From contig JAQGDQ010000337.1 in NCBI GenBank assembly GCA_030141605.1, positions 1 to 64,000 of the forward strand: a stretch of 64,000 bases of DNA, read 5' to 3'. Positions 38,401-64,000 of this stretch are shown here, one piece after another. The DNA comes from Tubiluchus corallicola (lineage: Eukaryota > Animalia > Priapulida). Each line of letters opens with the position of its first letter. The stretch's first letter is position 1. Made by a program: the position numbers and the translations under genes. A model generated the notes under the pieces. The model saw only the letters and a program-made list of their open reading frames with translations. It made no database searches and was not told the DNA's origin.

Positions 38401-41400
38401 TCTTTAATGAGTCTGTTACGTAAAATTGTTGGCATTTTTGTAACCGGGGTTGGGCCGGATTATTGTATAGGCTGCTGTCTAAGACCCCGCAAGATTGGGG
38501 GTCGATCAAGCTTTGCTAACATTTGGTAAAAAATCTGTTTTTCACTACGATTGTGATGAAATGTGTATTAATTTGGGTTGTATTAAATAGTGAAATAGTG
38601 TTATTTCTTAAACAGTGCTTTTATTGACAAGCAAAAGATAAATATTTCAGTTTGTTTAAAGAATTTGCAAAAAAGTTTACTTCAAGCTATGTAAATGTCG
38701 CTAAAATATATCAGGAGTGAAAAATGTTCAAGATGGGTGCGAGCGAGTTAGAGGATGACTTCTTCTGGGGGGCCCCATAATTTCGTTAGTCTAAGCGCCC
38801 CAGAATGTCATAATCTGGCCCTAACCGTGGTTGCCTAAAGGCTGACTTGAAATTGAGGTGGTATTTTTAGTGAGGTGAAATTAACTGTATTTTCAGTTTT
38901 ATTTATTTATACCATTTATTCATATTTGTATACGGTACAATAAATACACAAGGAAAATAAGAACTGATAAGAATTACAATAAATTAGTTCAAGCTGTACA
39001 CGTTAAAGAAAAAAGTTTGTTAATTTGTTATAACAAAGTAAAAAAATAATAATAAACCATAGAATCACTTATGTTATCATTTTGGTCTGGATAAATAGTC
39101 AAATAATTTAAAATTTCATATTATTCAGTTCTCCTAAACTAGGAGGTCCTAACTTATACACAAAGACTTGTGTAAATCTATGTGTATTTTTAAGTCACAA
39201 TAGTTGTAGGATAGTTGCGGGTGCTCACGTCTTTTTATACTGTCTGTCACTTTGTGAACTGAGATCCAGTACTCAGAGCTTGTTCCTTGCAGATAGTTGT
39301 GGCTTGACCAGAACTTAGCTCATTATCAAGAATAATCCTCCATGATGAGACGCTAGGCTGGTACGTCCCCGGTTTTTGTCGTGCCGGAGTTTTCACATCA
39401 TCTTCATTTTCTCCGCAGTTGACTCTCTCTTTGCAAGAAGTTGAGGAGGTCCATGCTGTCATAGTGCAGAGGTTCACGAATGGTTCCGTTGACGTCCAGA
39501 GCCGGGTGCTGACCGTTGGCGGTGACGGGTCAGTGAAGGAACAGATTGAAAGCACACTACAGGCTGACATAAGTTCGGGAACATTGGGCAATCTTAGCGT
39601 TGTTGCTGACAGCTTGTCTGTCTCACTGGGTGAGTATGTTTCTGTGTGGAAATCTTGGTAAATAATATAGTAACTCCTTCCTCTTGTTCAACAACAGTTT
39701 AGTGGTATGGGTGCTTGGAATTACTTGATTTTTTTAGATAAATAGCAGTGTATTTTATTTGTATAAATTTTGTGACCTGATTATTATCCTACAATTAGAA
39801 AACTAATTAACCCTGTACACTTAATCAACATTGATCTTGTTAATTGTTATTACAGCACCTCCTGATTCAACTATAACACTTTCTACAATCTCCACAGAAT
39901 CAGCAACAACAGAGCCAATTGGTAAGTTGTAAGTTATTGATATTTCACTCAACAGGTGACAGCACCATGTTGATTCTAGCGCAATAATGTTTATAGTCGT
40001 AGTTAAAGTCGTTTGTCGTTGATTTGTCTTGTTCTTTTAGCATGACAACACGTGTTGCATACAGATACCGTTTATTAATTTTTTATTTTATTGATTAAGA
40101 AACTCGATAATTGCTTTATTTGCAGGAATAAAAGAGTAACTGTGTGAATTGTGTTAAGCGATCTGTGGTTTATGTTCTGTAATAAGAAGTGCAATAAATT
40201 TAATCATGGTCATAAACTTCATCATAAATTTTCTCGGTAAACTTTTTAACAGTAGGCGTACTCTAGAAGATCGCAGTTGACAATTCTTGAGTCTTCCGTC
40301 AAAATGATGTAAGATTTTTGTTTTTTCCAAAAGAATGAGATATGACTAACACAATTTTACTCTAACTCGTGTTGAAAAGTGCAACTATTTCTAGATCCAG
40401 GTAAAAACAAAACTGTCATATATGGCATTGTGGCAGCAGTGGCATTCGTGGGTGTCGTGTTGATCGGTGTCGCCATCTTTGTGATTTGGAGAAAAGAAAA
40501 ACGAGCGAGGGAGCTTGAACAAAAGCCGGGCTCGATGGTTGACATAACAAATGCTGTGAGTTCATTTAATTCCATGTAACGGGCTAAAGTTGGGTGTTTT
40601 CAAGTCTGCTTGCCCTTTTTTTGCCCTACTAGGGCTCATGTAACATTCCGGCTCATTATCGGAGAACCCTTAAAGGTGAAATACTGCACGTGATAAAGTC
40701 TTACCTCAACGAGGTACAGTGTGTAGAGCAGGGGTGTGCAAATTATCAGACTACCCGGGCCACATTAAACATTCCTGCAATTCCTGCGGGCCACAGGCAG
40801 TTTAATCAAGGAGCCAAGTACAGAAAGGCCTAATAATCATTTTTTTGCATCCGACCTGCGTACATCATTACTACTACACTCACGAAACTATTTTAGAAGT
40901 TATTAAAATTTATATTACAAACCATATATGTCTACTTTCAGGACAGATAGTGGTAATTTCATTACAATGCATATTAGTAATGTGTATCACATAGTCTGTG
41001 TAGTACAGTGTTATTAAGCTACAACCTTCTTGTAAGGGTTAATGGCATCCGATCTAGTAGAAAAAACTACCCGCACTATCTTTGGCACGGACTTCAGCTG
41101 GACACACTCAATTAATCGCCCTTGCCGCACTTTCATTAGGTTGATAAATCTCTTTGTGGGCGGGCCGCAATTTGCGCACCCCTGGTGTAGAGTATCGAAC
41201 CCAGACGGTCGTGAAGTATTCAATGTTCAGTGTTGGTCTCTGTCGCTACTTACTTTGCATCACTTTAAACCAGTCCTTCTGTACACGTGTGCAGACTATG
41301 TGTGTATACAGTTGAACGGCTGAGAAAAGTGCGATCGATTTAATGATTTTTTCACCTCTTTAATCAGAAAACCATCTCTACCAAGTGTGATATCTAAAAA

Positions 41401-43788
41401 GGTTGCATTTGCTTTTCTGCATAATCACTTTATTGGCCCTTGAACATGTTTTAAACGAGATTTTTGTTTATTAACATTAGGACGACTGGGGTACGAATCC
41501 TTCGGTTTACAACAGCCATAGTCAGTACACGGAGGTGCGTAGTCGTAGAGCGGACGACAACACGGCGTACAACATGTTTTCACTACGTCCGAGACCGTTC
41601 ACGGATGCAAGGTGGCTGACTGCCGACTGGCCGACGGATTCGGCTGTGCGGCGGAATAGGTGGCAGCAGCAGTCTCGTACAAGGTCGGCTAGCAGCTTGC
41701 TACACTTCTATAGAGACAAGTAAAATATGTTATGCTGTGATTTGTACTAACACTTACACTATCCTAATCTTCACTAGATGTAGACACACTAGTACAACAC
41801 CTTTGAATGCCAGATGGCTTGTACAAGACAAGCCGGAGCAAAAATGCACTAGTTGATACTTCTAACTTAACAATTGACACTACTGTAGTTGCTGTAGGTA
41901 GCTGCATAGAAATGAATGGTTTGGCTTCTTAGCTGAAGCCAGACTAAACTCTCAATATTCGGGGATTGATTTAATATGTGAATAACTGGAAAAACTTAAT
42001 TGCCGAGACGATTTTGCTATGCAAACACACATACTTTGTCTCTTCTTTGAAGTCCAATTTCTCACAAAATAAATGTTTTTAAACTGCAACTGAGCTTATC
42101 TCCTGCAGTGTTATAAAATCTAGCTCCAGAATTGTGCGTCAAAACCTTAGAATTTATTGATTCCTGCCTCTTAAATTGAATTTTTGTTTATGTTGAGCTA
42201 AGTGAATGGTATGCACGCATTCTATAACATTTTCTAGTATTCAAAAGAACTTGGGAAATTTCCCTTGGAACGAGTGTACAATTCCCCACACAATTTCAAT
42301 ACTCTAACCCTAACCCTAGCTAATCTTAATCCTAAAACTAATCCAACCCTCGTCTTAACCCTAACCCTAGCCCTAGCACTAATCCTAATCTGCTTCAGGA
42401 AATAATTTCTTGTGTGTTGCAATTATAAACTTCACCTTTTTCTTTTATTATTAATAGTTCTGGGCTTTTATTGAAGCCATAATTTCTAATTTTAATTTTA
42501 AAACATCATGCCTGCTATAACATGTTTGCTTAACCTAGTCATTGGAAAGTAAGTAGAGCTTTACTAATTTGTAGGATAATAAATTACATTCTATACATAT
42601 GTCAAAAATGTATAGATGTCATAAAATATTTTTCAGATTTTGCCTGTATGATTCAGTTTCACTTTTTAAGTAAACAGTCAAACAGTCAAATAGTCAAACA
42701 GTCAAATAGTCAAACAGTCAGTGCTTTAAATTTACTGTGATTCCACCGTTTATGTAAGTCGCACAACTGAAATCTAATTTTTGAATTATTGATTTTGGTT
42801 TTTGATAGTTATAGCACCACCAACAATGTATTTCAACTGTGGAAGATTATTGTCTAATATATAAGAAGCACTAATCTTGTTAAGTGTTCAGAAATCAATT
42901 GGTTTTTTAAGAGACTAAGATGGAAACACAGTTTTCATTGGTAATTTCTGATTCTTCATTTGCAGTGCAATATAAAAATCAATACTTTGGTAATTTTCAA
43001 TAAACATGAGAACTAATACACTTAAGTGGTATTTACACAGCATCCTGATGCATTTTGGGTGATGCGGAATAGATAGAACCGTTTTATACTGTTTTCAATG
43101 AACCCATTTATCCAGCCTGCACTTATCATGCGGTTTTCTTTTTCTGCAGCTATTCCTATTGATTTTTTCCACAACCATTCTGCAGGTGGAAAATGCATCC
43201 GCATCCATATGTGCTGCGTAGACGCCACTTAAGCGTGACAAAAATTAATACATGTTTGCAGTCTGATGTTGTACGTCTATATCATATTTTGTTTTACACG
43301 AAGATTTCAAACTAAGTCAAAGATTCCTGCTAATTCTAAGTCTTCTTTTGAATTTTAACAGTAGTGACATCATCAGAAGACACAGTAAATCCAGCTCAAT
43401 GGCGTGGACAGAAAGCAGTCTGGGTCCAGACACAGTTAACGGAGATAACACATCCATGTGCGACGAAATGCACATGCAGAAAACAACATCAGCTGAAATA
43501 CATCAGAGCGGTCATCCGACTACGGTAGAAAGGTTTGTATCTTCTGTATGTGTAGTTTACAGTGAGTTACTGTATGCGTCTCCTGCAAAATATTTCCCAT
43601 AATGATTAAATCGTCAAACTTTTTGTTTCCTCACAGTTTAGTATTGAAAAGTGTTTGTATAAGATGAATGTTGGCAGCGAATTTTACGTTGTCGCTAATT
43701 GTTTAATTGCTAATTATCACTAATTGTTTAACTTGTTTGCTTGCAGGCTAGCTTTGATGATATGCCCGACTTTTTAAGTACTTTTTAA
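12164..43788 (+). CDS. Nahoda-like type-I membrane protein: signal peptide, N-terminal His (LPMO-like) domain, 2 EGF, 3 DOMON, Thr-rich stalk, SEA, TM, cytoplasmic tail; about 1201 aa, 26 exons
   Basis: Exons: 12164-12329, 14053-14132, 14743-14837, 15743-15873, 17201-17302, 18716-18838, 19366-19451, 22477-22570, 23765-23845, 24463-24681, 25903-26109, 26821-27008, 28116-28177, 30104-30279, 31505-31600, 32463-32722, 34211-34284, 35289-35388, 35757-35934, 37142-37347, 39419-39629, 39856-39921, 40395-40555, 41481-41719, 43362-43524, 43747-43788. All GT-AG, phases join into one 3606-nt ORF. Motifs: C|HVQLIFPPARKYALDFLDN, EGF CSQHG..CDC..YSGDYC and CGPHGKC..CFCERGWFGTGC, DOMON WLGVGW/WTGIGYS/WTGVGFS, SEA FTNGSVDV, TM VIYGIVAAVAFVGVVLIGVAIFVIW. 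The last two exons are less certain. Confidence 0.88.
13300..13640. repeat. Low-complexity CAC/CA-rich tract followed by degenerate (GAT)n
   Basis: Visible simple-sequence composition; source of His/Thr/Ser-rich spurious ORFs. Confidence 0.8.
17335..17740. repeat. Compound repeat: (TG)n blocks alternating with a conserved ~40-bp unit, 5 copies
   Basis: gcatgcgcggacatgtgtgtacacctgaaggcataattgt recurs, separated by variable-length TG tracts. Confidence 0.9.
18450..18670. repeat. (TGAC)n/(TGAT)n tetranucleotide microsatellite
   Basis: Directly visible. Confidence 0.95.
20954..21389. mobile_element. Tc1/mariner-pogo (Tigger-like) MITE
   Basis: TIR CAGTGTTCCCTCGCTA / TAAGTGAGGGAATACTG flanked by TA on both sides (20952-20953, 21390-21391); AT-rich non-coding interior. 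Confidence 0.8.
22867..23217. mobile_element. Degenerate hAT-like MITE with TTCGAA/ATCGAA subterminal repeats
   Basis: Left gagtgagca, right tgctcacccct; clustered tcgaat/attcga motifs near both ends; TSD not clear. Confidence 0.45.
23430..23540 (+). repeat. Dispersed repeat segment also present at about 25580-25685
   Basis: tatttgagtcaattgccgac(a/g)gtttt...ataggag...gattcta...gagtct shared between two introns. Confidence 0.55.
27898..28078. repeat. Tandem triplication of a ~60-bp unit
   Basis: atgggccattatggaaacattgtt(c/t)acatgca(a/g)ttttaatgtatccatgtgaaaaatca x3. Confidence 0.9.
28222..28716. mobile_element. hAT-type MITE
   Basis: Termini CAGGGCCTGTAT / ATAGGGCCTG; 8-bp TSD gacatatt (28214-28221) / gacacatt (28717-28724); subterminal gaggtcccggggaag repeats. 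Confidence 0.75.
29288..29805 (+). mobile_element. 5S rRNA-derived SINE (SINE3-type) with (CAA)n tail and 10-bp TSD
   Basis: 5S head 29291-29410, about 390-bp GC-richer body, tail ccaacaacaa, TSD actgagcctg at 29278-29287 and 29806-29815. Confidence 0.85.
29291..29410 (+). rRNA. 5S rRNA: Full-length 5S rRNA-like sequence (probably the SINE head, not a functional rDNA unit)
   Basis: gtctatggccatatcacgttgaaaacaccggttctagtctgatcaccaaagttaagcaacgtagagcctggttagtacttggatgggtgaccgcctaggaatgccaggtgctgtatgctt: 120 nt with box A and box C; several CpG-type substitutions; no oligo-T terminator. Confidence 0.8.
30839..31085. repeat. (CAT)n/(CAA)n/(TAT)n trinucleotide microsatellite
   Basis: Directly visible; explains poly-H, poly-I and poly-M ORFs. 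Confidence 0.97.
32731..32968. repeat. 34-bp minisatellite, about 7 copies, starting 8 bp after an exon donor
   Basis: acctgtagatggcgttcataacatttgaatcgta tandem. Confidence 0.93.
34397..34636. repeat. 50-bp minisatellite, about 4.8 copies
   Basis: gtgaagagtgtcacactaggttgtgtacatgtggccaaggcagtgaagta tandem. Confidence 0.93.
37371..37893. mobile_element. pogo-family MITE
   Basis: TIR gtatttattcgagtataacgcgca / tgcgcgttgtactcgaataaatacgg, flanked by TA. Confidence 0.8.
40729..41184. mobile_element. hAT (Charlie-like) MITE with perfect 8-bp TSD
   Basis: TIR CAGGGGTGTGCAAATT / AATTTGCGCACCCCTG; TSD gtgtagag at 40721-40728 and 41185-41192; subterminal gggccaca/gggccgca. Confidence 0.9.
43026..43228. 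mobile_element. Short MITE flanked by TTAA; related copy at about 55035-55240
   Basis: TIR gtggtatttacacagca / tgctgcgtagacgccac; interior tgcggaatagata...ttcaatg(a/c)acccattta..agcctgca shared with the 55-kb copy. Confidence 0.65.
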
Positions 43789-46700
43789 GAGATTGTAATC
43801 CATTTCTTAACAATATCATTTGGTAACTTTGATTTAGAGTGACTTGTTTGACACTCGGATTTTTAATTTTTTGTTTCAGTTTGGATTATTTTTAGTGGAT
43901 TAGCAAATTAGCCGATGCTCGTTACACAATGTTACTGTCACAGTGCAACAGCACAAATCTGTGGAAATAGTAAACCCTGCAGGCCGTGCGGTCAAAATCC
44001 AGTGGACATCTTGTTTAGATACGGAAACTACGTGACTGGATTTTTATTATCACGTAGAAACTACGCATTAAAAAATATGAATTGCTCTCATTACTACGCA
44101 CAACGCTTACTTTTTAAGTATTTGTATATTCTCTAGAAACGTGGTAAACACAAATTTTATAGCAGTTTGTAGATATTTTGAAACGCCACAAATCCCACTA
44201 TGGTGTTGTTTATAATGGTAATTACTAACTGTGCTCAGTAGCCTAAATTATAAGCAAAAATTAAAATTTCCAAAAACTAGTTCATACTTAAATAAAATAC
44301 ACAACACCTGGTTTCGGCTAATTTCTCTGCTCCATTGAAACAACTAATACCATACTTACTGTGTTTATAAAAAATACAAAAAACCATTATGGATTATGTA
44401 GAATTTGACAACAGCCGTATTTTTGTAGAGCAAACAAGAAATGGTCATTTTGGGCATATTGCAAAAAATTACGCTATAGACGCTACACATATTTTAATAC
44501 AGGAAATCCTTTTGCTTTACTTGTTTGATCTGTGATTATACAAACTCTGCCGTGTGATTTTACAATTTACCCACAAATACGGAGTCTACTGACTTTCCTA
44601 GACACGTTTACAGTTTATTTACTTAGGACAGCATGTACAGTCTGATAGTCTTTAGTGTTAGAAGCTATGATGATGATATGATGAAAAGCTATGATGATAT
44701 GATGAGAGTTTTTAGTTACCTGTTCGTAAAGTGGTGCCGTGAACAGTGGTGTGAACAGTTAAGTTCACATTGTTTACAGTTTGTATTATCATAGTACAAA
44801 GACATTAGTCTTAGAAAAGGTGTAACCTTCTTTAACACACCACAAACAGTTGAGAAATATGCTTATATTTTTTAACACACCACAAGTACTTATAAGATTT
44901 TTATTATAAATTCTGTCAACCTGTTTACTGTGTAGAAATGCACTGTTTTATCTGTATTTTAGTTGTTTAGAAAATTGAAATGTAATTAAATCGTGCAAAA
45001 TGTGTGTGCTGTAAAAACAAATTTTGTCATACGCTTGTAAGATGTTGGCCACAATGTATGCAGTTACAAGATGAAGTGTTGGCATGTGCATATTATTGCA
45101 CATTTCTCAGATTAAATGAAGATTTTAGATCTGTAATTAATTGTCTCAAGTTCTTAACTTATAATTTAGGCATTTGACCAATCCTGATTATGATCATATA
45201 AAATTAGAGCCTGTCCAGCCCTGGATTAACCATTACGCATATGCTTAGGGGAAGAGGGACCCGCGCAGTTTTTTCAAATCGAATAATTACTCAAACGTAA
45301 AATGTACGGGACTATGTGTGACAGTTTCGTGCGGTATAGATGGGCATCGAGATTCTGGTTACTGAGCATCGTGAGCTGCTGCTCTCTGCCAACGTGATTT
45401 TAACCGAATATCATTTTCCTATGTAATGTAATGCTAATGCTATAGCATTTACTGTAAATAAATCTTACTGCAGGTTTTTTTCATTTTGAAAGATAAAATT
45501 TTGTTTTACAGTTTAGAATTGTTTCATTCTAAATTACACATATAAGGGGGGTACCATAATCTTTTTGGTTCTTAGGCCCCCCTCTTGAGGTCTGAAGATG
45601 GCTCTGACTCTGCCTATCAAACAGATGCCCAGTACCGATGATTAACAACTCAGAACAATCAAAACACTTTGTTAAATTACTCATAATCAATTAGGGTCGG
45701 ATTTTGATTTTGTAGGCCTACAGATACCGTGAGGCCCGGGCCCCAGTGGCAGTTAACAAAGGCATGACTGTTGGATTCTTCAAATCAGTTTATTCAACTT
45801 CTACAACATAATGTCAACATTAACGGACAAGAAACATTTCCAGTGTATTATTATATAGTATAATATTAATTAATTGAACCCTTTTTAAAGAAATAATTCA
45901 GCAAACTTTTACTCTCATTTTGTAGTAAGTTTTCATAGTAAATTAATTTCACTTAATCTCTGGGAGCCCCTCAGCTTGTGGAGGACCCTGGGATGCAGCT
46001 CATACCTTAATCCGGTACTGTCTAAACTATAATGGTTCTTCTCTAATTTCACTTAATCTCTGGAGGACCCTAGGATACAGCTCGTACCTTAATCAGCCAC
46101 TGTCTAAACTAATGGTTCTTCCTGCTAATCATATTTCTGAACAAATAAATAATCTCTTTTATATGGGTTTCAAGTGTACTGTATTGTCTGTAAACAATGA
46201 CTCAGTAAAAGACATACAATATAAATTTTGAGTCGGCTTTTTTGTAACACTTTTGTGGTTTGTAATTATTATTGTTTAGTGTGTTGTAAAGCAAATGTGC
46301 CTTACGTATTGTAAATAGTGGTTAAATGACATTAGTGGCCCGTGCCACGCGAGCTTTTCACTGGTGCTGTGCTTTCATATTTTTTTAGTTTGCAAAATCT
46401 GTTTCTAAGAAACTAGAGCTTGTTGTTTTAATAAATTATGTGCCATGTATGATTGTAATCTCATTTGTAAGATACTGATAATAATTATGATGATATTAGT
46501 AGCATTTTATGCATATCTCGAATATTGTGTTTTTAAGCTATGTTCGTACATGCTTGCATAGATATGCTGTCAATTATGTAAGTTTCAAATTAAAAACCTG
46601 ATTTGATCAAAATTGGATTGTGTTGTTAAGCAGATTTGGACAGAGCAAAAAAAGCACAGCTAACACAGTACAAGCAGTTTGGTAACAAAGACTTTATTCA

Positions 46701-47104
46701 TATTTCTATAGGCTAAAATATTTCTTTTTCAGTGGTTAAAATTTCAACAATCGTCATTAAAAAGCACAACAATGCTACGATAAAGAAATAATCATAACAA
46801 AATGCTGCTTATAGCAATGATTATTTATACATATACACTAATTTACTACATTTGATACACACATACTAATTTAAAATTATGGTCATGACTTGTATTGGTC
46901 ACTGAATTAACATCGCATAACATATAAGATTTATCTAAAGTGGGCACCCGGGACTTTTGACAACTTGATTCCAATCATTATGGTTGAATCGAAATTGTTG
47001 TCGGCGTTTTGCCAAAGATTCTAGTAAAAGTCCCAAAATTTCTCATATTATTTAAAATTACAAACACGATTCTCTGTTGAAATGAAATTTACGCGTTTTG
47101 GTGG

Positions 47105-48110
47105 TTTTCAGTATGCGTTCACTGTGCTTTCATTGTTTACAGTATGCATTCATTGTTTTCAGTATGCTTTCATTGTTTTCAGTATACTTTCATTGTTTTC
47201 AGTATGCTTTCATTGTTTTCAGTATGCTTTCATTGTTTTCAGTATGATTTCATTGTTTTCAGTATGCTTTCACTGTTTTCAGTATGCTTTCATTGTTTTC
47301 AGTATGCATTCATTGTTTTCAGTATGCATTCATTGTTTTCAGTATGCATTCATTGTTTTCAGTATGATTTCATTGTTTTCAGTATGCTTTTTTGTTTTCA
47401 GTATGCTTTCATTGTTTTCAGTATGCATTCATTGTTTTCAGTATGCATTCATTGTTTTCAGTATGCTTTCATTGTTTTCAGTATGCTTTCATTGTTTTCA
47501 GTATGCTTTCACTGTTTTCAGTATGCTTTCATTGTTTTCAGTATGCATGCATTGTTTTCAGTATCCATTCATTGTTTTCAGTATGCTTTCATTGTTTTCA
47601 GTATGCTTTCATTGTTTTCAGTATGCTTTCACTGTTTTCAGTATGCTTTCATTGTTTTCAGTATGCTTTCATTGTTTTCAGTATGCATTCATTGTTTTCA
47701 GTATGCTTTCATTGTTTTCAGTATGCTTTCATTGTTTTCAGTATGCTTTCATTGTTTTCAGTATGATTTCATTGTTTTCAGTATGAATTCATTGTTTTCA
47801 GTATGCATTCATTGTTTTCAGTATGCTTTCATTGTTTTCAGTATGCTTTCATTGTTTTCAGTATGCTTTTTTGTTTTCAGTATGCTTTCATTGTTTTCAG
47901 TATGCTTTCATTGTTTTCAGTATGCATTCATTGTTTTCAGTATGCATTCATTGTTTTCAGTATGCATTCATTGTTTTCAGTATGCATTCATTGTTTTCAG
48001 TATGCTTTTTTGTTTTCAGTATGCATTCATTGTTTTCAGTATGCATTCATTGTTTTCAGTATGCATTCATTATGCTTCAGTATGCTTTTTTGTTTTTAGT
48101 ATGATTTCAT
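47105..48110. repeat. 20-bp minisatellite, about 50 copies
   Basis: cagtatgc(t/a)ttcattgtttt tandem, just downstream of the VWA8 stop; source of the FSVCFHCFQY ORFs. Confidence 0.97.
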
Positions 48111-48243
48111 TGCACTACCCCATAGGTTTTTCCCCTTTACCTGTTATTTTAAAATTCTACACGAATTTTACGAGTTTATTCACAACATGACAGCTGTTTT
48201 GTGCGTATATAATTCCAGTTCCTCTCATTTTTTGGCACATCAC

Positions 48244-63422
<15,179 letters not shown>

Positions 63423-63471
63423 CTAAAAGGAACACAAAAATTACTTATATTTTTACTTGCTTTACTTTTTT

Positions 63472-63475
<4 letters not shown>

Positions 63476-63524
<49 letters not shown>

Positions 63525-63527
63525 CCT

Positions 63528-63580
<53 letters not shown>
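63476..63580. repeat. (CT)n microsatellite
   Basis: Directly visible. Confidence 0.97.
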
Positions 63581-63584
<4 letters not shown>

Positions 63585-64000
63585 GTGCCATCTCCTTTTT
63601 TCAAAAATCTATATGGCAGTGCAAACATTACCGAAAGTAAGCCAAATGGAGTAGATATATCTGTTATACTGATTTTTTACGAAAGCAATGCAGGTCGAAT
63701 CCAGCCAATAACAAAGGCAGTCCAGGTAACTTTTGCGGCAGCTCACAATGCTGAACTGTTGCATTGTGTACCAGGAGTGAAAGAGGCATGCAGTAGATAA
63801 TAGAGCGGAATATTTTCGCACCAGTAATTAAGTCTGCTCATTTCAGTACTACAATTGGCATTGGGAAACTGAACACTGTAACAAATTGCCTGTTTGAGGC
63901 CTGTTATAAATATTTGGTTTTTCGGAACCAAATTTGCACTCGAAAACCATGGATAACAGAATATTAATGCTCATTGCTACCATTTCTGCTCATATTTATT

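Noticed and set aside
47082-48190. Long hydrophobic Cys-rich ORFs (up to 348 aa)
   Set aside because: Translations of a 20-bp tandem repeat open in several frames.

Overview
AT-rich, intron-rich animal genomic DNA, probably lophotrochozoan judging by the 5S-derived sequence; not prokaryotic. Manual splicing supports four genes. (1) A minus-strand CEP295/Ana1-like centriolar gene (11 exons, 10622->766) that seems to encode only about 435 aa. (2) Head-to-head with it, a 26-exon plus-strand gene (12164->43788, about 1200 aa) for a nahoda-like type-I membrane protein: signal peptide, N-terminal-His LPMO-like domain, 2 EGF, 3 DOMON domains that all keep Met/His heme ligands, Thr-rich stalk, SEA domain, TM helix and cytoplasmic tail. 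(3) The 3' part of VWA8 on the minus strand (63422->48244). (4) An IL-17-like cytokine gene nested antisense in a VWA8 intron, which has lost the two canonical cystine-knot disulfides. Introns hold a full-length 5S rRNA-headed SINE with target-site duplication, several hAT/pogo-type MITEs, a nested foldback element and many minisatellites. Most ORFs in the supplied track are repeat or antisense artefacts. All exon models come from GT-AG and reading-frame consistency by eye, without transcript data.
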